Below are positions 52,301 to 61,935 of a stretch of 64,000 nucleotides of DNA, in pieces. How positions within the stretch are numbered: position 1 is the first letter of the stretch; the number at the start of each line of letters is the position of its first letter. The DNA comes from Leucoraja ocellata (taxonomy: Eukaryota). The notes beneath the pieces are model-generated. The model worked only from the letters and a program-made list of their open reading frames with translations, was not told the origin of the DNA and did not search any database. Position numbers and translations under genes: made by a program. The stretch spans positions 3,906,001-3,970,000 of the forward strand of contig JAWMAR010000203.1 in NCBI GenBank assembly GCA_036785375.1, in the 5' to 3' direction.

Positions 52301-55300
52301 TGTTTTTTGCTTATTCTATGGTTCTTATAATTCCAAATAAAACTTGTCACTATAGAGTCAACTTTTTAAAATAAATATTTTGGGAGATTTATAGGAATTG
52401 ATTGTAAAAGCAATTGCGGAAGGAAAATCATTTTTATAGCATTAAATCTACCGAGCATTGAAATGAGAAGTGTTTTCCAATAGTGAATATTATTATGCAA
52501 TTTATTAAGTAAAGGCATGAAATTTGATTTAAATAAAGAAGTATATTTCATGGTCACATAAATTCCTAGGTATTTACATTTTTGTTTGACTATTCTGAAA
52601 GGTGATTGTTGCAATATGTATAACTTGGCATAATCTTACTTTTATTCCAATTAATTCTATATCCCGAAAATAAACCAAATTGAGTTACAAGATTTAACAA
52701 GTTTGGAATGCTGATTTCTGGGTTTGCAATATATAGTAATACATCGTCTGCATATAGAGAGATTTTATTAACTGTGTTTTTAGTATTATACCCATATATT
52801 ACTGGATGTGCTCGAACACTTTCTGCTAGTGGTTCAATATCAAGGGCGAATAATAATGGAGATAACGGGCATCCTTGTCTGAAACCTTTAGATAAATATA
52901 ATTTTGTTGATAACATTTGATTTGTCATTATGCTAGCTGTTGGGTTAGTGTATAAAAGCTTAACCCATGTGCAAAACGTCTCACCCAGTTGAAATGTTTC
53001 CATCACCGAGAATAAATAGGGCCATTCCTCCAATTTCCATTTAACCTCACTTTGACAATGGAGGAGGCCTAGAACAGAAAGGTTAGAGTGGGAATGAGAA
53101 GGAGAATTAAATGTGTTTAGCAACTGGGAGATCAGGTAGGGCCAGGCAGACTGTGAGAAGGTGTTCAGCGAAATGATGGCCCAGTCTACATTTGGTCTCG
53201 CCGATATATAAGAGTCCACATCTTGAACAACGGATACAGTAGGTGAGGTTGGAGGAGATGCAAGTGAATCTCTGCCTAACCTGAAAGGACTACCGGGATC
53301 CCGGGACGGAGTCGAGGGAGATGGTATAGGGACAGGTGTTGCATCTCTTGTGGTTGCAGGGGAATTTTTTCCAGGGTGATATTCCTGGGGGAAAAGTGGC
53401 AATAATTTCAAAAGTAAATAAACATCATAAGATGGACACAAATTGCTGTAGTAACTCAGCGGTTCAGTCAGCATCTCTAAAGAAAAGAAATACTGTAGGT
53501 GACGTTTCGGGTCGCAACCCTTTTTCAGACAGATAGATAGATAGAGAATGTAGGAACGAAATGCAGATGCTGGTTTATACCAAAGATAGACCAATGAAAA
53601 CAAGTAAACTACTCTAAAGTAGAACATATAACAATACAGGAACAGGTCCTTCAGCCCACAATGTCCATGAAGATATGATGCCAAGTTAAACTAATCTCTG
53701 TTTGCATATCATCCATATCCCTCCATTCCCTGCAATTCCATGTGCCTATCAAAACCTCTAACCTCTAACACCACAAAATCGCATCTGCATCCCCCACCAC
53801 CCCTGGCAGCATGATCCAGCTCACACCACCCTCAATAAAAACTTTAAATGCTCCTAAGATCATGAGGATTTGTGAAGAGAAAATCAGATTCATCGTTTCA
53901 GGTCAAAACCTGTCAGAACTATTTTTAACTTTTTTGTTTTAATTTAGTTTAGTTTATTGTTACATGGACTGAGATGCAGCAAAAAGCTTTTGTTTTCTCA
54001 TCAAAATACACAATTTTGCTTTTTCCCCCCACATTATGCTAGACTTCACATCTATTTTCTTGTTCATATATTCTATCCACAATCAACATTCCTATCTGTC
54101 TTTGTATAATTCGAAAATTCAGCAACATCACAACGCTGCCTTCATAGGAGTCGTGTACATTACAATATTTCATAATATAATATTCAGTCTGAAGAAGGGT
54201 CCTGACCCGAAACATCACCTATCCATGTTCTCCAGAGATGCTGCCTGACCCAGCAATTTGTGCCCTTTTCCCACCGTTCCACCATATTCCACTGTCCTTG
54301 TAAGGAAACCAAGTTGATTTAACAGCAACACTATAACCGGTGGGGCACCGGGAGTGAAATTGAAGTGGTAATAATTAAGTATTGTGTATAGTTTATGGAG
54401 ATACAAGGAACTGCAGATGCTGGAATCTTGAGCAAAACACAACGTGTTGGAGCCACTCAGCGGGTCAGGCAGCATCTGTGGAGGGAATGGACAGACGATG
54501 TTTGGATCGGGAATGTTCGTCAGTCTGAAACGTCGTCTGTTCATCCCCTCCACAGATGCTGCTTGACCCGCTGCATTTGTTTATAGTTTATATATTTACC
54601 TAAACCCTTTTTGTCGAGATCCCATCTGTGCGTCGATGAACGCAGAATAAATTAAATTAATTAAACAATATGAAATTTGCAGACACAAGGAACCGCAGAT
54701 GCCGGAATCTTGAGCAAAACTCAAAGTGCTGGGGGAACTCAGTGGGTCAGGCAGCATCTGTGAGCTGAAGGGTCCCGAACCGAAACGACTCATGTCCATT
54801 CCCTCCACAGATGCTGAGTTCCTCCAGCACTTTGTGTGTTGCTCAAGATTCCAGCATCTGCAGTTTCTCGAGTATCATTTTTATACATCTTTCTTCAACT
54901 TTCATTATTATTTGAGACATTTACCGTTAAAATACAGGGTACAAGATGTATATAATAATGTCATCATTTTAAAATGATGAGAGGGATAGACAGAGTTGAT
55001 GTGGATCAGCTTTTCCCTTTGAGAATAGGGAAGATTCAAACAAGAGGACATGACTTCAGAATTAAGGGACAGAAGTTTAGGGGTAACATGAGGGGGAACT
55101 TCTTTACTCAGAGAGTGGTAGCGGTGTGGAATGAACTTCCAGTGGAAGTGGTGGAGGCAGGTTCATTGGTATCATTTAATAATAAATTGGATAGGCATAT
55201 GGATGAGAAGGGAATGGAGGGTTATGGTATGAGTGCAGGCAGGTGGGACTAAGGGAAAAAAGTTGTTCGGCACGGATTTGTAGGGCCGAGATGGCCTGTT

Positions 55301-55401
55301 TCCGTGCTGTAATTGTTATATGGTTATATGGTTAATATATTGATATGATAAAGCACTTACGCCGTATTGTAACGGTAAATGTTTCAAATAATAATGAAGA
55401 A

Positions 55402-55443
<42 letters not shown>

Positions 55444-58400
55444 AGCTGATATCATCGATGCATAAACATACATATATATAATATATAAGGCAGCAACTCA
55501 AATATGTATATATATATATATATATCGATGCACAGATGAACTGTACTTGAGTTGCTGCCTTACAGCGCAGTAGACGCGGGTTCAATCCTGACTACGGGTG
55601 TTGGATGTGCGGAGTCTGTACGTTCTCGTGACCTTCGTGGGTTTTTTTCCGGGTGCTCCGGTTTCCTCCCACACTCCAAAGACGTACAAGTTTGTAGGTT
55701 AATTGGCTTCAGCAAAATTGTAAATTGTCCCCAATGTGCAGGATAGTGTTAGTGTATGATGTGTTTAAGAAGAAGCGTCTCGACCCGAAACGTCGCATAT
55801 CCTTCTCTACATAGATGCTGCCTCACCCGCTGAGTTCCTCCAGCGTGTGTTTGTCTAGCCAGTTTATGAGGTGATCGCTGATCGGCCGAAATGCCCTTTT
55901 CCGCGTATCTCTAAAGTCTGAAAGTCTAAAAGCATATCTGCAGTTGATATTGTACACATTGAGTGATCTTATACACTTTTGATCAGGTTTATGAATTACG
56001 TTCAACGTTCTCCAGAGATGCTACTACACGCTAGTTACTTCAACACTTTGTGTCTTTTTTGTAATCTAGAATCTGCAGTTCATTGTGGCTACGTTTAACA
56101 AATGTGTACACATGTACTATTAAACCTTGCAACCTTGGACATGTGTAGGAAGGACCTGCAGATGCTAGTTTACAGCGCAGATAGACACAAAATGTTGGAG
56201 TAACTCGGCAGTAACTGAGCCGCTGAGTTACTCTAGCACTCTGTGTATCTTCAGTAATTGGAGGACGTTAGCTGCCACGTTCATTCAAGCCACTTACTTG
56301 GGATAGGATGGAAACGTTCGCTCACCGAGCCCGTCCCCGTGAGGTGCTGAACCAGGCAGGTGACGACCATGCCCGCCTCTAGCCGAGGGCCGGTGAGCCG
56401 CAGCCGGGAGCTCACGTTGAAGCTTCCATCCTCATTCTCCCTCAGCGGCCCCGCTTCTGTTTCATAGGACAACTGGCCCACGACAGCCCAGGACATGTTC
56501 AGCTCCCTCGGGAAGAATCCGGCGGCCACACAAGTCAGGCTCCGCGTCTCTGCGCCTTTTACCCCGGTCTCCAGGGTCAGGGAGATGTCAGGCTTCGCTG
56601 CGTAAAGTAGGAAAATAACACGCTGTGAATCTTCCTGTCGCGCTCAGTCATGCATGAAGCAACTATGATAACACGGCACGCCGTGCACCTGCTTAAGGAG
56701 CAACCAAGTTATTCAATGGATTATTAGCGGAATAAAGAAGAGCTGCAAACGCTGGTTTATACCGAAGAAAGGCACAAGTACTGGCGTAACTCAAATGGTC
56801 AGTCGGCATCTCTGGAGAACATGGATAGCTGACGAGACACAAAGTGCTGGAGTAACTCTTCATGGAAGATATGTGATAACCATATAACCATATAACAATT
56901 ACAGCACGGAAACAGGCCATCTCGACCCTTCTAGTCCGTGCCGAACACATAATCTCCCCTAGTCCCATATACCTGCGCTCAGACCATAACCCTCCATTCC
57001 CTTCCCATCCATATGTTTCGGGTCTGGTTACATCTACAGACTACATCTCTTCAGTCTGTGTCTCAAAATGCACAATAAGAGAGAAAAATACAGGAAGCGA
57101 ATGGAATGGAAGTGGAGACACAAGGGATTGGAGATGCTGGAATTTTTAAGAATAATGAGTAAGCCATTTAGAATGGAGATGAGGGAAAACATTTCTCCCA
57201 GAGAGTTGTGAATCTGCGGAATTCTCTGCCTCAGAAGGCAGTGGGGGCCAAGTCTCTGGATGCTTTTAAGAGAGTTATAGAGCTCTTAAAGATAGCGGAG
57301 TCCATGGATATGGGGAGAAGGCAGGAACGGGATACTGACTGTGGATGTTCAGCCATGATCACAGTGAATCTGCGGGGGGAATGGACAGGCGGCGTTTCCG
57401 GTCGGGACCATTCTTCGGTCTGAATCGCCGCCTGTCCATTCATTCCACAGATGCTGCCGGACCCGCCGAGTTCCTCCAGCACTTTGGGTATTTTAATGCA
57501 TGAAATGGAAGTGAATATGTAGACGGTAAACTAAATCCAAGCAGATGATGGACATCTAAAACAGAACATATAAATATTCAGCCGGACAGGCCTGATTCGT
57601 GGGAAGAGAATAACGGTCCATGTTCTCCAGAGATGCTGCCTGACTCGATGAGTTACTCCAGCACTTTGCGTCTTTGTTTTTAAACCAGCCCCTGCAGTTC
57701 CTTGTGTCTCAGGGTCAGGGTTTCGACTGGAAGCCTTCAATGTGAATCGGTAAATTATCCCCCCCCCCCCCCACACCACACACACACGCACACAGATACG
57801 GGCCGACCCGATGAGTAGCTCCAGCATTTTCAGTTACATCTGGCACTGCCCTGGCCCAGATTGGTCAGAAGATGGATTCACGTTGCCAGAATTATTTAAC
57901 AGAGTCTGGTCGGGTCGGGCTCCCTCTCGCCAGCCCGTGGGCGATGGGAGAGCGGCCGCACGTTTGCATTGTAGCTGCCTCCCTTCAATGAAGCGTTGGG
58001 AATATCCCCACTGTCCGCTGATACAGTGGGCTGGGGACCTCACACACGTCCCAAGTTCCCCAACACCAAACCTCCACGAATGCTGCCTTAACCGCCGAGT
58101 TCCCCGTTACTTTGTGTTTTGCTTAAGACTCCAGCTCCTGCAGTTCCCCGTCTCCACTTCTATTTATTTACCTTCCTGCATTTTATCTTTCTCTATTAAT
58201 GTGCACGTTGAGGCACAAACCAACCCAGGCTGACGAAGGGCCCTGACCCTAAACGTCTCCTCTCCATGATCTCCAGAGATGCTGCCTGACCCGCTGTTAC
58301 TCCATCACTTTGAGTCTGCCCTCTCTCACTGCTGCTCTCCTGGATCTTACGCTTATATTTAGTTATGTTCATTTTCACACATATACATGATGCATCTGCC

Positions 58401-60792
58401 GCACATTTGGTTATCGCAGCCGGGAATTGTTTCAAGGCCCAGTTATTCTACTTCCCTGGAGCCAAGAAGCAAATGTTAAACCGAACTTGACAAAGACAAG
58501 AATCCTTCAGCCGGTCAGGTCGAGGGAATCTAGAAACAACTGAGAGAAACAAAGAGGCTTTTAGAAACATAGAAATTAGGTGCAGGAGTAGGCCATTCGG
58601 CCCTTCGAGCCTGCACCGCCATTCAATATGATCATGGCTGATCATCCAACTCAGTATCCCGTACCTGCCCTCTCCATACCCTCTGATCCCTTTAGCCACA
58701 AGGGCCACATCTAACTCCCTCTTAAATATAGCCAATGAACTGGCCTCGACTACATTCTGTGGCAGAGAATTCCAGAGATTCACCACTCTCTGTGTGAAAA
58801 AAGTTCTCCTCATCTCAGTTTTAAAGGATATCCCCCTTATCCTTAAGCTGTGACCCCTTGTCCTGGACTTCCCCAACATCGGGAACAATCTTCCTGCATC
58901 TAGCCTGTCCAACCCCTTAAGAATTTTGTAAGTTTCTATAAGATCCCCTCTCAATCTTCTAAATTCTAGAGAGTATAAACCGAGTCTATCCAGTCTTCGT
59001 GGACCTTTTGTCAGACTGGGCTGGTTTGTGCCGGAAAATGAGCATTAATAGAGAGAGATGAAATGCAGGAATGAAATGGAAGTAGAGACATGGAACTGCA
59101 GGCGCTGCAGTCTTAAGCAAAACACAAACTGCTGGAGGAACTCAGCGGTTAAGGCCGCATCTGTGGAGAGAATGGACAGGTGGCGTTTCGGGTTGGGGAA
59201 CTTGGGATTCGTGCGATTCACCAACTCCATCGCATCAGATCTCGGGGTGGCTGTGGAGGCAGATTCGATCGTAGAGTTTAAGAGACTTTTGGATAGACAC
59301 ATGTTTGTTTAACTTGGCCTCATGGGCCGCACGAACATTGTGGGCTGAAGGGCCTGTTCCTGTTGTATGTTCTATATTAATTACCTTGGATATGTAATGT
59401 GGTTCCGTTTCCTATAATCGTTTTCCAGGGGGATGTATCACGAATCAGTACCACACAATGGTAAATGTCTGCATCGTGCACAGTCACCTCCCGAATGACC
59501 AGCGAGCCCACGGACACGAACAGTCGGTCGCCTGTCTTCAGAAAACTCTTGGTCTTGTTGTCCCAGAGCTCCGGGTTGTCTTTCGTCCGAAACCAGTATT
59601 GCCTCATTGAAACTACCTCCCCCTCTCCAGGTAGCAGGGAGCAGGTGAACGTAGCTGTCTGTCCTCGGAGAAGTGCAAGAGAAGCAGGAGACTGGTTCAC
59701 CCTCACACCGACAGCGGACCCTGGCACGGAAAGTGAACATAGTTAGCGACGTCTTCCGACTAACTCGAGTTTACTATCATGGGCACAAGGACAGCGAGGT
59801 CCATGCACAATTAACCCCCCCCCCTCCCCCCCCTCCTCTCCTCTCTCACCTGTAACCACTTGTGTAGGAAGGAACTGCAGATGCTGATCTATATCGAAGA
59901 CAGACACAAAGTGCTGGAGACGCTAGTAGAATCTCTGGAGAACATATCTGAAGAAAGGTCGCGACGCGAAACGTCATCTGTCCATGTTCTCCAGAGATGC
60001 TGCCTGACCCGCTGAGTTACTCCAGTACTGTGTTTTGTTCAAGATTCCAGCATCTGCATTTCCTTGTGTCTCTTACATTTATTTGCGTTAACGTCCTCAT
60101 GTAAACTTACATTAACTGCATTCCCAGCATCTACAGTTCCTTGTGTCGCTTATGTTTAAGATAGACACAAGGTACAGGAGTAACTCAGCGGGTCAGGCAG
60201 CATCTCTGGAGATAAATGACGAGTGACGCTTCGAGTCGGAACCCCTCGCTTAAATTTAGTCTTGTTAAGTTTCTGACATAGAAACATAGAAAATAGGTGC
60301 AGAAGGAGGCCATTCGGCCCTTCGAGCCAGCACCGCCATTCATTGTGATCATGGCTGATCGTCCCCAATCAATAACCCGTGCCTGCCTTCTCCCCATGTT
60401 GGTCTCCACTGTCCTCTGTGGCAGGGAATTCCACAAATTCACAACTCTCTGGTTGAAAAAGCTGTTTCTCACCTTAGTCTGTAATGGTCTCCCCTTCATT
60501 CTTATTGTAACTACATTTTCAATTTCTGCTTTTGTGTCTAAATTAAAAATTTGCTTGCAACAGCATCAAATGCACTTACACAGAAACAAACACATATTCA
60601 AAAACAAATTGAACGTAAATCACTCATGACATTTTCAAAAGACGGCAAAAAAGCAAAAAACATCAATGCAAAAGCCATAGAAAGAAACAAGTTATAGGAA
60701 GACAACGTGAACAGGTTGGCAAGGGTGAACATGAATGACTTACCTGGGAGAAAGAGGCAGAGAGTGGAGATGAATTGTGTAAACGATGACAT
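37225..60792 (-). CDS. Six-exon type I membrane IgSF receptor (leader-VJ-C1-TM-cytoplasmic ITIM/ITSM), 333 aa, SIRP-like inhibitory receptor
   Basis: Exons of 49+336+300+102+68+147 nt = 1002 nt. All junctions are GT-AG with compatible phases (1,1,1,1,0), and the spliced frame is open from ATG 60792 to TGA 37225. Joining these exons into one transcript is inferred. Confidence 0.85.
37897..39255 (-). mobile_element. Young CR1 LINE, 5'-truncated (RT C-terminal half)
   Basis: QHGF..GRSCLTNL, DFSKAFDKV, GVPQGSVLGP, KYADDTK; one frameshift; (GGTTATAT)n tail. Confidence 0.95.
39698..43557 (-). mobile_element. Near-full-length CR1 LINE: ORF1 SGNH esterase, ORF2 APE endonuclease and RT, interrupted at 40934-41336
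   Basis: ORF1 IGDSIVRG..HIGTND..DGLHLN; ORF2 NARSI..ISETW..GDFN..SDH; RT ORF at 39782-40900. Confidence 0.95.
40934..41336. mobile_element. One-ended Tigger/pogo-like DNA element fragment inside CR1 ORF2
   Basis: On the minus strand TA|CAGGTGCACAACCTTTTATCCGG is followed by CCGAAAA repeats. The other TIR and part of CR1 ORF2 are deleted. Confidence 0.6.
46455..46522 (-). CDS. Exon 5, cytoplasmic (E)SSVHDATVDIQSMRKQKNSVNE
   Basis: Acceptor tttttatag|, donor GAG|GTGAGT, phase 1 to 0, open frame. Confidence 0.8.
46948..47049 (-). CDS. Exon 4, transmembrane (R)SSEYYFILLSLILIVPICIWIVYNYHSKLKKGK
   Basis: Acceptor gattttcaag|, uncharged hydrophobic helix followed by a basic stop-transfer segment, donor G|GTAATG, phase 1-1. 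Confidence 0.85.
47291..49123. mobile_element. Foldback element of the same family as 17402-22036, arms almost abutting
   Basis: 47291-48283 matches the 17460-18430 arm; 48285-49123 is its inverted counterpart. Confidence 0.8.
50384..53350 (-). mobile_element. Penelope-like element 3' part (GIY-YIG endonuclease plus hammerhead-bearing terminal repeat), split by an L1
   Basis: The minus strand of 53040-53290 reads FTCISSNLTYCIRCSRCGLLYIGETK...EH. It continues after the L1 at 50784 into the ctgaagaag...gaaac repeat. Confidence 0.85.
50785..53024 (-). mobile_element. L1-clade LINE, 5'-truncated and frameshifted
   Basis: RQGCPLSPLLF, LYADD, KYLGI, Cys-rich end and poly(A); perfect 14-bp TSD ttcctccaatttcc (50771-50784, 53025-53038). 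Confidence 0.93.
54186..54220 (+). ncRNA. Minimal type I hammerhead ribozyme-like motif in a Penelope-derived repeat (representative copy)
   Basis: CTGAAGA-a-GGGTC.ct.GACCC-GAAA-caTC: conserved core boxes and stem II are present; stem I is weak. Confidence 0.6.
54900..55399. repeat. ~36-bp inverted repeat pair (MITE-like) with a CR1 3' fragment (~54960-55335) inserted between the arms
   Basis: ttcattattatttgagacatttaccgttaaaatac versus the reverse complement of gtattgtaacggtaaatgtttcaaataataatgaa. Confidence 0.6.
56298..56597 (-). CDS. Exon 3, IgC1 domain
   Basis: AKPDISL...LTCVAAGFFPRELNMSW...ENEDGSFNVSSRLRL...VTCLVQH shows the C1-set signatures. Acceptor ttttcctactttacgcag|, donor A|GTAAGT. 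Confidence 0.93.
58560..58997 (-). mobile_element. CR1 3' fragment of a second subfamily (TTTCTATG tail); related copies at 15790-16045, 24870-25056 and 60277-60500
   Basis: RGDLIETYKI...TRGHSL...FFTQRVVNLWNSLP. Confidence 0.9.
59385..59720 (-). CDS. Exon 2, IgV domain with germline-joined J-like segment
   Basis: VNQSP...ATFTC...YWFR...LVIREVTVHDADIYHC...IIGNGTTLHIQ. CTAAC branch point plus ccag acceptor; G|GTAATT donor. Confidence 0.93.
60744..60792 (-). CDS. Exon 1, signal peptide MSSFTQFISTLCLFLP(G)
   Basis: ccaaaATGTC start, hydrophobic core, phase-1 donor CCAG|GTAAGT; continues as G-SAVG in the V exon, like an Ig leader. Confidence 0.85.
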
Positions 60793-60794
60793 TT

Positions 60795-60915
60795 TGGTGA
60801 AGGAAGTGCCGAGACACGGATTACACGGAGCCGCTGGTCATTCTGCAGAATTCACAACCGCTGCCAGTTTTTCTGCGCTGCTGTGCGTCAGATCGACCGC
60901 AGATTGGCCGGTAGT
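60795..60915 (-). promoter_or_regulatory. Candidate proximal promoter of the IgSF gene
   Basis: Non-repeat, CpG-containing segment upstream of the ATG with an ETS-type GGAAGT (~60802), a RUNX-like AACCGC (~60856) and a CCAAT box (60903-60907 on the minus strand). Confidence 0.4.
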
Positions 60916-61183
60916 TCAGTGAAACAACTTTTCGTACATTTGTGGAAACGAGGAACTGAAGATGCTGGTTTACAAGAAAAGAGGCACAGAGTGCTGGAGT
61001 AACTCAGCGGATCACGCAGCATCTGCAGAGAACATGAATAGGAACCAACCCGAAACATCACCTCTCCACGTTCTCCAGACTTGCTGCCCGAGCGCTGAGT
61101 TACTCCAGCGCTTTGTGTCTTCATTCATTCGACCCGACACGTATCTCTTCTTACACAGACATGCAGTAAGTCTCGTTTGTTTA

Positions 61184-61933
61184 AAGACCTGTCCCACTTT
61201 TCCGTCATTTATGCGACAGGCCAGTAGTGACTGACGCGCGACGGTCGCGCGCGTCATCACCCGTCCTTATCCATCTTCAAATATTTTACCTGCTCTGCAA
61301 GTAGAATTAGTCAGCGTATTGGCATCATTTGTTAAGTGAAACATTGATTAAATTATTGTTTGCTGTAAAAATTCATTTACTTTTAAACTTTCTGAAATAC
61401 TCCCACAAACACAACATTGTATTCCATTATAGCAGTTTGAGGGTTTGAACGCAGCTTAAGAATTAGTTTGCAAATTTTTTTAATGGTGTTAGTGAAATTG
61501 TTGGTGGTTTTTAAAAAAAAAACGAATTTGGTTATTAGTGTTCTTTTAGGATATAAAATTTGCAATCCTTACCTGGATGTTAACTTTTGAAACATCCTTA
61601 ACTAAGGATGTTTCAAAATTGCTTATTAAGGTGTTACTCTGAAAGCATTGATGCTTACGGCATAATTATTTTCTCATTGTGGCCGACTGACGTAACCATG
61701 CGTCACCACGCAATACACGTGAGACGTCGGGACGCAGTGTGCGACGCTAATGCGTCAGCGTGTGTACGGGATACGTCACGCAGGTGGCACGCGAGATACC
61801 TCGGACAACTCCATACTCCTCCATGCGCCCGTCCCGCGCTATCCACACGCTACCCATGCGTCACAATGCGTTGACCTATTTTACATATGATGTGTAAATG
61901 AGGCGTAAATGACGGCCAAGTGGGACATGTCCT
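61184..61933. mobile_element. PIF/Harbinger-like non-autonomous element
   Basis: TIRs aagacctgtcccactt / aggacatgtcccactt, TTA duplicated on both sides, CpG-rich subterminal regions. Confidence 0.7.
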
Positions 61934-61935
61934 TT

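Noticed and set aside
52590-53684. 364-aa ORF as a novel fusion gene
   Set aside because: Chance read-through across a Penelope remnant and an L1 insertion defined by a 14-bp TSD.
59340-59760. Rearranging Ig/TCR V segment
   Set aside because: The J-like motif and splice donor are already in the exon, no heptamer-spacer-nonamer was seen, and the downstream TM and tail are not Ig/TCR type.
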